Of a stretch of 39,129 bases of DNA, positions 24,236 to 35,615 are shown one piece after another. This DNA comes from Octopus bimaculoides (taxonomy: Eukaryota): NCBI RefSeq assembly GCF_001194135.2, contig NC_069001.1, positions 12,812,512 through 12,851,640 on the forward strand. The letters are read 5' to 3'. The translations under genes and the position numbers were made by a program. How positions within the stretch are numbered: the stretch's first letter is position 1; every line of letters starts with the position of its first letter. Below the pieces are notes generated by a model. That model searched no databases. It worked only from the letters and a program-made list of their open reading frames with translations, and had not been told where the DNA came from.

Positions 24236-24789
24236 GGATCTTTTTTAAAACGGAGGCCACATTTTTCATTAACGAAACACTTTGAAACTTGGAACACTGG
24301 TAGAATGTGTCATATAAAACATCTTTTTCTCTTAGTCTTCTTTAAAAAAAAAAGAAATCCCTAAGCTATTCCATGTTAAATTTGTCGTATTTCTGTAATT
24401 TCAACCAATCACTGACGTCCATTCAGCCGATATACATTAAGTGCCGACTACATAAACAAACGATTCTGAAACAATTCTATCGGTGATAGGGTTAGGGTAA
24501 AACAGCAAATTTAAAAAGAAAAAAGCAAAACGAAGCTATGGAAATTAAATACGCTTTACACCGCTTAATCAGCGAAAGGAGTAAATGTAGACAACTGAAT
24601 ACTTGTCAGTGATTGGTTGAAATTATCGAAATAAGACAATTTTTTACATGAAATAAATTCGAATACAAAAATATTTTTCTGTTCTATAACACAAAATAGA
24701 TAAGTATACGAAGTTTGAAAGTCTTTCGGTACCAAAAACACTACGTAAAACATTAATGAAAAATGTGGCCCCCGTTTTAAAAAGGATCC
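24236..24789. mobile_element. Intact 554-bp MITE / non-autonomous DNA transposon with 39-bp TIRs and 8-bp TSD TATATCAT
   Basis: Left GGATCTTTTTTAAAACGGAGGCCACATTTTTCATTAACG versus reverse complement of right GGATCCTTTTTAAAACGGGGGCCACATTTTTCATTAATG (36/39). TATATCAT lies at 24228-24235 and 24790-24797. A second internal inverted pair lies at 24382-24424 / 24597-24639. Confidence 0.92.
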
Positions 24790-24812
24790 TATATCATATT
24801 TCATAACGTGCA

Positions 24813-25060
24813 TACCAGGCATGAACAAAAAGGTATCGGTGTTGGTACTATTAAAAAGAAAACCATTAAATATATCGATTCGGCATCTAATCTCCTTCGA
24901 ATTGGTCCCTTTCTGAAGCCTCACTCTCCATCCAGCGTCGTTTTCATTGATGGAAGCATTCCTGGAAGTACTTTTTAGAGATATCGAGTAGCAGTTACAT
25001 CGCATTCCTTTGGATTTCCTCGACGTCTCAAAATCTTGATGGGAGTCTTCTACCGAGAAG
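24813..25060 (-). mobile_element. Mariner relic: transposase C-terminus and terminal repeat
   Basis: RF*DVEEIQRNAM*LLLDISKKYFQECFHQ*KRRWMESEASERDQFEGD* (mariner RF.DVEEI...FQ.CF.QW..RW......GDYFEGD); TIR-like TACCAGGCATGAACAAAAAGGTATCGG at 24813. Confidence 0.8.
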
Positions 25061-25128
25061 ACTGAGGCTTGGTTTCTGAGACATAGCCATGGACCGCGAT
25101 TAGTGACCTGTTATGACCGTTTTACAAA

Positions 25129-25451
25129 AACAGCCTGCTCGTGAAATTAACGTGCAAGTGGCTGAGCACTCCACAGACACGTGTACCCTTAACGTAGTTC
25201 TCGGGTGAGATTCAGCGTGACACAGTGTGACAAGGCTGACCCTTTGAATTACAGGTACAACAGAAACAGGAAGAGTGAGAGAAAGTTGTGGTGAAAGAGT
25301 ACAGCAGGGTTCACCACCATCCCCTGCTGGAGCCTCGTGGAGCTTTAGGTGTTTTCGCTCAATAAACATTCAACGTCCGGTCTGGGAATCGAAACCGCGA
25401 TCCTATGACCGCGAGTCCGCTGCCCTAACCATTGGGCCATTGCGCCTCCAC

Positions 25452-25452
<1 letters not shown>
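25129..25452 (-). mobile_element. Family-C tRNA-derived SINE with intact Pol III A/B boxes, 3'-truncated
   Basis: Minus-strand head GGAGGCGCAATGGCCCAATGGTTAGGGCAGCGGACTCGCGGTCATAGGATCGCGGTTTCGATTCCC (A box TGGCCCAATGG, B box GTTTCGATTCC); body matches 9365-9665. Confidence 0.92.
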
Positions 25453-25489
<37 letters not shown>

Positions 25490-26569
25490 TTAGATAGTTA
25501 GANNNNNNNNNNNNNNNNNNNNNNNNNNNNNNNNNNNNNNNNNNNNNNNNNNNNNNNNNNNNNNNNNNNNNNNNNNNNNNNNNNNNNNNNNNNNNNNNNN
25601 NNNNNNNNNNNNNNNNNNNNNNNNNNNNNNNNNNNNNNNNNNNNNNNNNNNNNNNNNNNNNNNNNNNNNNNNNNNNNNNNNNNNNNNNNNNNNNNNNNNN
25701 NNNNNNNNNNNNNNNNNNNNNNNNNNNNNNNNNNNNNNNNNNNNNNNNNNNNNNNNNNNNNNNNNNNNNNNNNNNNNNNNNNNNNNNNNNNNNNNNNNNN
25801 NNNNNNNNNNNNNNNNNNNNNNNNNNNNNNNNNNNNNNNNNNNNNNNNNNNNNNNNNNNNNNNNNNNNNNNNNNNNNNNNNNNNNNNNNNNNNNNNNNNN
25901 NNNNNNNNNNNNNNNNNNNNNNNNNNNNNNNNNNNNNNNNNNNNNNNNNNNNNNNNNNNNNNNNNNNNNNNNNNNNNNNNNNNNNNNNNNNNNNNNNNNN
26001 NNNNNNNNNNNNNNNNNNNNNNNNNNNNNNNNNNNNNNNNNNNNNNNNNNNNNNNNNNNNNNNNNNNNNNNNNNNNNNNNNNNNNNNNNNNNNNNNNNNN
26101 NNNNNNNNNNNNTCTTTTAATTCCTTTGAAAGCGCATATGTGTTTTTTTGTTCAAATCGTTGTTGTTGCTGTATTCAAATTTAGCTCTACTGTCCGCTGA
26201 GAGGTGCCACGTGATATCACTTATGTTGGTCCTTACCGTCACGCAGAACTGATGAAATTAAGGTGCTAAATAATTGTCGCAGCGATCGTGTGCTAACACT
26301 TACCCTTTCTTCCTTTCTTTCTTCCTTTCTCTCTTCATTTCTTACCTTTGTTCTTACTCTTTCCATCCCCCCTAGCACTATCTCAAATTTTTATATACTT
26401 TTTTTTCACTCCGTCTCTCGTTTTTTCACTCTCTCTCTCTCTTTCTCTCTTATCTCCTGTTATTTATTCCACTTAGTTTCTTTCTTTCATTTTCTTTTCT
26501 TTTTTTTTTCTGAATATCTTTTTTTCCAATATCCCTGGGAAATATAAAGAAGCTTGAAAATAGAACAGA

Positions 26570-27080
26570 GATGACGATGTTGGTGACGATAAGGTCAAGA
26601 TGGCGACGAAGATGAAGTAGACAATGAGGTTGATGATGATGATGGTTGATGACGAGTTTAAGGATGATGATGATGATTATTACAATGACCTTCGTCATCC
26701 TCATCATCATCATCACCATCGTTATTATCATCAGCATGTTAGTCAAAGAGGGATGTTTTTGTCGATTATTATTTTGTCTAAAAATTTCTTCTTCATTATC
26801 ATTGCTGGCACCATCATCACCACCACCACCACCACCTCCCACACGTTCATCGTCATCATCATTACCATCATCAACATCGCCACCTTTTGATGATCATCAC
26901 CATCACCACCACATCCATCATCAACTTCATCATCATCATCATCATCATCAATATCATCATCATCATTAACATCAGCGTCATCATCATCATCATCAACATC
27001 GTCTTCATCCTCACCATTATTGTCATCCTCATCATCACCAACCTCACCACCATCAGCATCATCTTCGTCATTATCTGGTA
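26570..27080. repeat. Trinucleotide tract, GAT-rich then CAT/CAC-rich
   Basis: Directly visible; source of the poly-D/M/H/I ORFs. Confidence 0.9.
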
Positions 27081-27386
27081 GCATCTATTCTCACCACTTT
27101 TGATATCATGGGTCTCTATCTCAGTTCTTCTGCTGTCCTCATCCAATACACTATCTTAAATCTGTCCAATTCTTTATATTATCCATCCACGTCATTCTTG
27201 TTTTTTTTTTCCTTCATTTTAATTTTCATTCGTTTTTTCTCATTCGTTAAGAATCTCTGAAATATTCTTTTTTTTACTCACTAATTAAGTCTTCAAAATA
27301 TTTTAGTGCTTTCTTTTTTACTTTGATATCTGGAATTAATAATAATGTTCGTCTGAGGCGAAAAAGCAGAGAGAGGAGAGAACAAA

Positions 27387-27530
27387 TCTTTCATCTTTTA
27401 CTTGTTTCAGTCTTTGGCTTGGGACCATACTGGGGCACCCAATATGGCCGAACAAATTGATCACAGTATTTTTTGTTTTGCTTTGTTTTTTAAGTCTAGT
27501 ATTTATTTTATGAGATTTTCATTGCCGAAA
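27387..27530 (-). mobile_element. Family-B SINE 3' end
   Basis: TTTTACTTGTTTCAGTC...CCATACTGGGGCACC...GAACAAATTGA...GTCTAGTATTTATT is the reverse complement of the 9100-9226 type sequence. Confidence 0.7.
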
Positions 27531-27539
27531 GGATTATGG

Positions 27540-27897
27540 TCGCCGAAGGATTGTATGACAAAGTTGACCTATGCGAGATTTGAACTCAGAACCCGGTGAG
27601 CTAGAACGTATTCTGTATCTATTTAAGCATTTCTCTTCGATGCGCAAACTATAAAGCCACTTCATCACCCCCAGCTGCTTGATTTTTATCCTTTATATTT
27701 ATGGCTAGAGGCCAGCAATTTTGAGGGGAGAAGGAAGTCGATTAAAACGGCACCTGTGGTCAACTGGCACATAGTTTATTGACCCCGAAGGAATAGAAGG
27801 CAAAGTGTACCTGAGGAGAATTCGAAATTGGAACGTGAAAACAGTCGAAATTCCGCCAAGAACTCGGCGTGCTAACGATTCTGCCAGCTCACCGCCT
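27540..27897 (-). mobile_element. Two family-A SINE copies (27540-27660 partial; 27703-27897 near full length)
   Basis: Ends in GCGTGCTAACGATTCTGCCAGCTCACCGCC, the reverse complement of the family head. Confidence 0.82.
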
Positions 27898-27924
27898 TCG
27901 TAGCTGATTATATATAAAATATAC

Positions 27925-28045
27925 TGTGGAGGCGCATGGCTCACTGGTTAGGGTGTTGGACTCATGGTCGTAAAATTATGGTCTCGATTCCTAAAGCGGG
28001 CATTGGGTTGTGTTCTTGAATAAATCACTTCATTTTACGTTGCTC
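27925..28045 (+). mobile_element. tRNA-like SINE head with CORE-like segment
   Basis: GGAGGCGCATGGCTCACTGGTTAGGGTGTTGGACTC...GTCTCGATTCC...GTGTTCTTGAATAAATCACTT. Confidence 0.65.
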
Positions 28046-28154
28046 TTACGCCAAAGAATCCGCGAAACCTGTCCTATGAGTCTATATGATGCGGCAAGGA
28101 GCTAGAAAAATAAGGTGGTGGTCTGGCGACACGGTAAGGAGCTACCAAAAATAA

Positions 28155-28372
28155 GGCGGCGCGCTGGCAGAATCGTTAAATGCTCAGGCAAAATATTTAG
28201 CAACGTTTCTTCCAACCTTACGTAGTAAGTCCAAATTCCACTGAGGTCGACTTGGCCTTACATCATTTCGGGGTCGATAAAATAAATACTAGTTTATCGT
28301 TGGGGTCGACGTAATTGACTTACCCGCTCTCTTAAATTGTTGGCCTTCTGCCAAAAAAAGTTGAAACCAATA
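28155..28372 (+). mobile_element. Family-A SINE, full length
   Basis: GGCGGCGCGCTGGCAGAATCGTTA...GAGGTCGACTTGGCCTTACATCATTTCGGGGTCGATAAAATAA...GGGGTCGACGTAATTGACT...GAAACCAATA. Confidence 0.85.
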
Positions 28373-29177
28373 TAAAATACAGCAATTCATATTTTTATTG
28401 AGAGGCTGGGATATGCGCAGGAAGAAAAATTTGGTTATTTTAGTGAAATATCGATATGGACACCAGAATGCAAAAACCCGTATCCACTCTTAGGCGTTTA
28501 TGGTCAATAATTTTAACTTTCTGAAATAAAAACCAGAGTCCGAGGAGACTTAGCGCTGGTGTGCATCTGTAGAAGTCATTTAGTTAGTGTTTTTTAATTT
28601 TACTAGACGTTCATAGCATGTTGATTTATTGCATTTCCCTCCGAAATTCCTATCATTAGAGAAGAAACATTATCAGAAATGTATTTCTCACTGCTATCAT
28701 AAACTTCAAAATAAATGCATCTCTTTTCGATCAAGTATTTTAAGAGAAAGATGTGTGTTCGCATTCATTCTCCTTTCTACAATAAATTTTTTATTTTTTA
28801 AACTTTATCGTTCAGCAACCGCCATAATTTTTAGGAAAGTCAGGATTATTATAATAAAAACGTCAGTTGTACGGTTAACAGCGAATATCTAAACTATGAC
28901 ATGCATATTCACTCTTAGTATGTTCCGGCTGATTCAAACGTGAATACTAATCGCTGCTGTATTTCATCATTGGAGAACAATTTTAGCCTTTCAGATAAAT
29001 ATCTCTGCGTAACACACAAAATAGGTTAGCGTAAAGAGACACTAGGACAACCGGTGTTTCGAGATCGTTTTGCTTCATCAACCGAGGGTAATCCGGATAA
29101 ATAAATCTAACAAGACTGTGCTTTTGTTTATAATTTCAACAAATTATTTGCTGCTGCCTGCCGATGCCTGGCAACTT

Positions 29178-29318
29178 AATAATCATTTCTACTAAAGGCA
29201 CAAGGCCTGAAATTTGGGGAGGGGACTAGTCGATTATATCGACCCCAGTGTTTCACTGGTACTTATTTTATGAACTTCGAAAGAATGAAAGGCAAAGTCG
29301 ACTTCGGAAGAATTTGAA
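29178..29318 (-). mobile_element. Family-A SINE 3' half, little diverged
   Basis: AAAGGCACAAGGCCTGAAATTTGGGGGAGGGGACTAGTCGATTATATCGACCCCAGTG...GAAAGGCAAAGTCGAC. Confidence 0.85.
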
Positions 29319-29557
29319 TATTCACATATACACACACTCATACAGCGATGTGATAACTTAGGTAATTGAGAATAACGACTGAACGACTAATGCTTGCAAA
29401 ATGTTTCAGATAAAATCGCCTAAAGTATACCAGACAGTGCAATACATGATTAAGTGTATTGTAAATTCATGTACATCCATATATATATATATATATATAA
29501 TTTTCCAGAGTCTCTGTCTCTTTTGAATATGAAAATTTAAAAGTTAAAAACCTTATA

Positions 29558-29588
<31 letters not shown>

Positions 29589-29614
29589 AGTACACATGTG
29601 TATATCGATTCATA

Positions 29615-30597
29615 TACACGGGTGAGTAAAAAGTATTAAACTTGGAGAATGTTTTCGGCGGGTTGCATAACCATATATGTATCGCTTCCCGCGCTACTTC
29701 GTCTGTAGCAAATCGACAACCGCTCAAACATATACCAAATTTGAGCGGTGCAAAGAGTTGATGGTCGCAGAAGTGAGATCTGAAATCTGTGCAAGGTGTT
29801 CCAGCAACTCGAAAACTAATTTATCGAAGGTTTCAATGATGAGGGCGCCTGTATGTTGCATGTGTTGTCATGCCTTGTTGCCTTGTAGCATGTGTTGTCG
29901 TAAGACTTGCCTTGAAAATAGAACTCAGCGTTTGGTACGAATTGCTCATTTAAATTTGTTGGCGAGCGTTTTACTGTAGTCTATATTAGTGACTGTAGAA
30001 TCCTTTTTCGAGTATAAGCTCCTTTGCTTCACAGAACATTGTTCGCATTACTTTTTCTGCTGTAGATTCAGTCTTAAATTTCTTTTTCGATGGCGATTCC
30101 AGCTCCTTCCAATCTATACCCTGCATTTTGGGTTCTGGCTCAAAGTGGTTTCCCCAGGCCTCATCTCTTGTGATTATTTTTTCCAAAAAAGCTCCGCCTT
30201 CATCGTTGTAGCACTCGAGTAAGCCTTTGACAGATTATACCAGACTACACTCATGCCCTTGTTTAAGCTATCTTGGCAACCATCTCTTACAGACTTTGCA
30301 GAAGCGAAGATTGTCGTGGATGATTTCGGATACAAAGCCTAGACTAAGTTGCAAAGAACTGCGACCTCGTCGGTTCGCCAGAACCATCTCTCGATCCTAT
30401 CGAATGTTCACGTCAGTGGTAGAGGTTGATGAGCATTCTGCTTTTTTAAATTTCTCAGTCTAGCCATATATTTTCTACGCGGTAGAACACTGTCCCCGTA
30501 CTGTACTGAAAGCTTTTAATGAAGGTGTTTCGAAGGAATACACTTTCAGAGCAGGGAAATAAGATCACTGATCTCTATTGTTCCTTAGAGCTACCAC
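29615..30597 (-). mobile_element. Mariner element with most of a transposase pseudogene (HTH to catalytic domain) and one TIR
   Basis: SKEQ*RSVILF / QYGDSVLPRRK / STSTTDVNI...IIHDNLRFCKVCKRWLPR*L...YNDEGGAFLEKIITRDEAWGNHFEPEPK...SPSKKKFKTESTAEKVMRTMF / AIRTKR / HDN / LSGCRFATDEVAREAIHIWL. Shows WVPxxL, ITGDE and HDNA equivalents; TIR TACACGGGTGAGTAAAAAGT at 29615. Confidence 0.92.
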
Positions 30598-31309
30598 ATA
30601 TGTGTGTGTGAATAAGAATATACACTGAATCACGCACTGAATCACTGACACACGCACACATACACACACAAACATACATAAATATATATATATATATATA
30701 ATCTCTTTGTCACAGTTTTACCACCATTTTGCTTTATTTGTTCTGCAATGTTAAAAACTACTTACTCAATACCCAATTCCCAAATAACAGTAACAAAAAA
30801 GATTGTTTACGTTTCTCTAGAGGTTATCAATAGTCATAGACATCTCCCTACCACCCTTATCAACTGACAAGTCTTTCCCGTGGGATGCCAGTGGGGTTAA
30901 TTGTTTCCCCTCATATTATATTCACGATATTTTATTTTCATTGTTAATATTCGTTTCCCCATTTTATTACATCGTCTTCGTTTATCATTCGCTCTGCTGT
31001 TTTGGTTTGCGCTCTCACTTTATTTTTCGTTTCATGCTGTATATCATTATTTTTACATTTGCTTTTAAATGATGTCGAGGCTCTTTTGATTGTTTGGTTA
31101 GTCGATTAGGTGATTAGTTCGCAGCAGTGATTGGTTGGTTGCTGTTAACTTGGAGCACCAGCAATTTGACATGTCAGACCAGATTTAACTATGACTTGTA
31201 TGAGAATATAAACAAGGTTGCTTCCATGTTTTTTTCTCCCCACCCCTGTCTCCTTGTCCTCTCCATCTTTTAAATATTTTTTCTGTCATTCGCTTTTCTC
31301 TTCTGAGTC

Positions 31310-31314
<5 letters not shown>

Positions 31315-31354
<40 letters not shown>

Positions 31355-31605
31355 CATCTGTACATATGCATATATATATATGTATGCACACACATATATA
31401 TATATATATATATCTGTACATATGCACATGTATATATATATATATATATATATAGATGATATATATGTGTGTGTGTATGTATGTATAGACGTATATATGC
31501 ATATATATTTGTCCATGCATATATGCATGCGTATATACATGTACATACATATATACATATACATATATTCATTCATTCACACACACACACACACACATAT
31601 ATGCA
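31315..31605. repeat. (AT)n/(ATAC)n/(AC)n microsatellite field
   Basis: Directly visible. Confidence 0.92.
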
Positions 31606-31829
31606 TTGGATAGACTTGTACACAGTTTTATAAGAGATAGACAAGACATTACAAGTTAGAGATATCGAACGATGATCGATATTGATAGCCAAAAAATGTA
31701 GACAAAGAGAATAAACATTACAACAACAAAAAAAAAACAACAATAGAAATTACAAATAAAGAAAGAAAATAAGGCAAAAAGTAATTAAGAAGCCAGAAAG
31801 TCATCGAAAGTGGTAACACCGGGGATTTG

Positions 31830-32410
31830 ATAATGCGCCTGATGATCATGAGGAAGATGATGATGATGATGATGGCGATCGTGAATGATAATGACGGTGG
31901 TGGTGGTGATGATGGTGGTCGTGGTAACGGTGTTGATGATGATGATGATGAAGATGAAGATGATGACAATAACGATGATGATAGTGGTGGAGATGGAGGT
32001 GGTGGTGGTGGTGATGACGAATATGAAGATGATAATGTTGCCGATGATGCTGATAGCGGTGACGATTATTAAGAAAAAAGTTATTATGATGAGGAGGAGG
32101 AGGATGAGGGGAGAGAGGGAGAATGNNNNNNNNNNNNNNNNNNNNNNNNNNNNNNNNNNNNNNNNNNNNNNNNNNNNNNNNNNNNNNNNNNNNNNNNNNN
32201 NNNNNNNNNNNNNNNNNNNNNNNNNNNNNNNNNNNNNNNNNNNNNNNNNNNNNNNNNNNNGGAGGAGAGGGAGGGAGGAGAGGGAGGGGAGAGAGAATTT
32301 TTTATGATAGTAAAAGTACAAAAAAAACAATGATGAGAAGAAGAAGAAGAAGAAAAAGAAGAAGAAAAAGAAAAAGAAAAAGAAGAAAAAGAAGATAGCA
32401 ACAATGATAA
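31830..32410. repeat. GAT/GGT trinucleotide and GA-rich low-complexity tracts around a gap
   Basis: Directly visible. Confidence 0.88.
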
Positions 32411-33036
32411 TACGATAAAAAATTGTAAGAGAATTCATGAAGCCAGACGGTGGTGGATGTTTAAGCTATCGAAAATAAAACAGTAAATTTAAACGAATGC
32501 AAAAACATTTTCTATTTTCATTCGCCTCGGTATTGCGAAAGTTACAGCGCTTTCCACAATCTGCTTCATTCTTATGCATTATTTAAAGCTATCTTCACCT
32601 GAAGAAGTACGGTTGTCACAGATTCCTATTATCTATATAATTATCGCTGTCTGTCACTCGTTCACTCCAAATGTCTATGTGTGTGGATATATATATATAT
32701 ATGTATGTATGTTTGTGAATTTATGTGTATGTCTGTGAGTGCATGAGTTTCTGAGTATGTGTATGTTTGTGTGTGTTCTCCATGTAGTTTCTCTCAAGAA
32801 ATATAGGACAGATATATTGAGAATTCATATCACGTGATGCAACTCTAATTTCACACATTAAACCACGCTGGCAGTTTCGCTCTCACTCTCTCTCTCTCTC
32901 CACACTCGAACCACTCCTCTCTCTCTCTTTCCTCATGCTCTAACGCTTTCTCTTCCTCCCGACATATATGTCTGTATGCGTGTTTATGTGTGTGTAGACA
33001 TATGTGTGCTTGGGTACATGTAATTACATAACCCCA

Positions 33037-33068
<32 letters not shown>

Positions 33069-33934
33069 CATATATCTATATATAACATCATTTATATATA
33101 AATATATTTTATACATGTGTATGAGTGTGTGTATATGTATGTATCTATATATAAAAATATATGTATATATATATGCGTGTATATATATATATATAGAGAG
33201 AGAGGGGGAGAGAGAGAGAGGGAGAGAGAGAGGGAGAGAGAGAGNNNNNNNNNNNNNNNNNNNNNNNNNNNNNNNNNNNNNNNNNNNNNNNNNNNNNNNN
33301 NNNNNNNNNNNNNNNNNNNNNNNNNNNNNNNNNNNNNNNNNNNNNNNNNNNNNNNNNNNNNNNNNNNNNNNNNNNNNNNNNNNNNNNNNNNNNNNNNNNN
33401 NNNNNNNNNNNNNNNNNNNNNNNNNNNNNNNNNNNNNNNNNNNNNNNNNNNNNNNNNNNNNNNNNNNNNNNNNNNNNNNNNNNNNNNNNNNNNNNNNNNN
33501 NNNNNNNNNNNNNNNNNNNNNNNNNNNNNNNNNNNNNNNNNNNNNNNNNNNNNNNNNNNNNNNNNNNNNNNNNNNNNNNNNNNNNNNNNNNNNNNNNNNN
33601 NNNNNNNNNNNNNNNNNNNNNNNNNNNNNNNNNNNNNNNNNNNNNNNNNNNNNNNNNNNNNNNNNNNNNNNNNNNNNNNNNNNNNNNNNNNNNNNNNNNN
33701 NNNNNNNNNNNNNNNNNNNNNNNNNNNNNNNNNNNNNNNNNNNNNNNNNNNNNNNNNNNNNNNNNNNNNNNNNNAATTACTGAGGAATTTGGTAGTTACA
33801 GTCGAGTTACTATTTTGTAACATTTAGCCTTGTTTCCCAATCTGATTGTAATTTCAGGATAAATGTCTGACGCTTGGCACTCACTACACACATAGAGGAC
33901 ATATGCAGACACACAGACACACACACACACACAC

Positions 33935-34248
33935 ACAAAGTCTGATCAATAAGTATCCGGATTGTTGTCATCGTAACGACCTAAAGCACACAGAATAGAG
34001 CCACTTGCCAAAGAGTGACTTTGAATTCTGCTGGGCATGCGCACTAAGTTTTAACGTTGTAGCTCACTTCCGCTGTTTACAGCAGTGCTTGGAAGGAACG
34101 CGTGTAGCGTGTGATCGTCGCAATGACCATCACAGAGACAACTTTCGTGGTGATACTTCCTCAGAGGCCTATGCAAACTTGCCGAACGTGTATGGAGAGG
34201 AATGTATGAGCCAATCAAAATTCTACGAGCGGTTCAGACGTTTCCAGA
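33935..34248 (+). mobile_element. Mariner 5' end: degenerate left TIR, 5' UTR and start of the HTH domain
   Basis: CTGATCAATAAGTATCCGGA TIR-like start; DTSSEAYANLPNVYGEECMSQSKFYERFRRFQ matches the mariner N-terminal HTH (ETY..L..VYGEECMSR..VYEWF.RF). Confidence 0.85.
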
Positions 34249-34533
34249 AAAAATTACGTACATTGCTGACATGCCAGCAATGCATCTATCTATGCTCTTC
34301 AGATCAGCTGGCACATAAGTCCCCCACGCTCATACTTACACGAACATATAAACATTACAACATTCAATTCAATAGTATTTCTTTACATTACAGTATAATT
34401 AAATTAATGCCTAGATGAAATTCATTTACGTAAAATGACAGTTACATAATGCATACGTATATATCTCAGACATAACGAGCACGATGAATATGCATCATTT
34501 GTTTACATTAGCGTTAGAGTGAGATATGGTGAA

Positions 34534-34910
34534 TTACGTCATCATACTTGGTGTTTACAGAAACATTACGGAATATTCTTAATACATAATGATTTTAGTT
34601 CATCTCAATTAATTAATAAGTATTATTAATTATTATTTAAAGTTTAGAATTTCGTATTATAGTTGGCCGAATATAGTCTGTATTATAAGAGAAATATTCT
34701 ATATTATTCAGTTCTGTATAAATAGAGAAAAAGAGTATTATATTAGCTATATATATGGAAATCTGATGCATTACGTCATCACACCTAGTGTTTATAGAAA
34801 TAGTTGCCAAACATATTCAATACATAATCATTAAATTAATCTGTATAAATTAATTAATAATTATTATTAATTAGTGGTTAAAATTTTTTTATTAGAATTT
34901 TAATTATTAA
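34534..34910. repeat. Diverged AT-rich direct repeat, period about 237 bp
   Basis: TTACGTCATCA.AC.T.GTGTTTA.AGAAA...AATACATAAT...AATTAATTAATAA.TATTATTAATTA at 34534 and 34771. Confidence 0.75.
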
Positions 34911-34963
34911 TGTAAGGTAATAAAGTGGAATAGAGCATGTATTATAAGTAAAGTTTATGAAAG

Positions 34964-35615
34964 GAGTTGTCAGGACACTCCGTCAGAAGGAATAACACTA
35001 AGGCCAAGAAAATAAGGGCCCACATATGTTGGAAGCCATAGGCATTCAAAATTAGGAGAACGAGTGGAATGTCCCAGTGAAAATCTCAAAATGTTAGCAT
35101 AATACGTCTGACAGTGATCTGAGAAAAGAAGAGAAACAGTTGTAGAAATCAGCTGCCCAGTGAATGCTACCATAAAGCTAAAGAACAGCGAAAACGAAAA
35201 CACCTGAGCTATTGAGAAATCTGCAGTTACTCTATCTAGATTACAAGTTCAAGTATACACCTGTGATTATTGGGACCCTGGGATGTGCATCACACTGCCT
35301 AGGTACCACTCTTGAGAAAATAAGCTTCTCAAAACCGGAAGCTGATTCGAAATAACGGACCAACGGCATCACTAGAAATGTAAATATTTGTCAATCTTTC
35401 CAGAAGTTTATCATTTGTCTAGAGATGCAAATAAATGAATGAGAATAAGTACATAAGGCGAAACCTGAAGTGACTCCAAATACTGAAAATATACATACAT
35501 AGAAAACTATACCGATGATGTTGAAATGCCATCCAGGAAGCTTAAATCTAGGTCAGAAACCGGTTCTTTCCTAATTGGCAATATATCTTGAAATAAGTTA
35601 AATAATAACCTACAT
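34964..35615 (+). mobile_element. R4/Dong-like non-LTR element 3' end (RLE domain and 3' UTR) ending at (TACA)n
   Basis: EWNVPVKISKC*HN.SD...ELLRNLQLLYLDYKFKYTPVIIGTLGC...LEKISFSKPE...NICQSFQKFII. RLE-type WWN.PV...HN.PD and P.IIG.LG motifs, with multiple stops. Confidence 0.78.

Noticed and set aside
24486-24499. TTAGGG-like motif as an interstitial telomere
   Set aside because: Only about two units, and internal to the MITE.
25375-25452. tRNA-like sequence
   Set aside because: It is the tRNA-derived head of a SINE continuing into a repeat body, not a functional tRNA gene.
26743-27084. Poly-D/poly-H ORFs resembling acidic or His-rich proteins (also 31827-32072)
   Set aside because: Open in several frames and on both strands with no codon constraint; these are trinucleotide low-complexity tracts.
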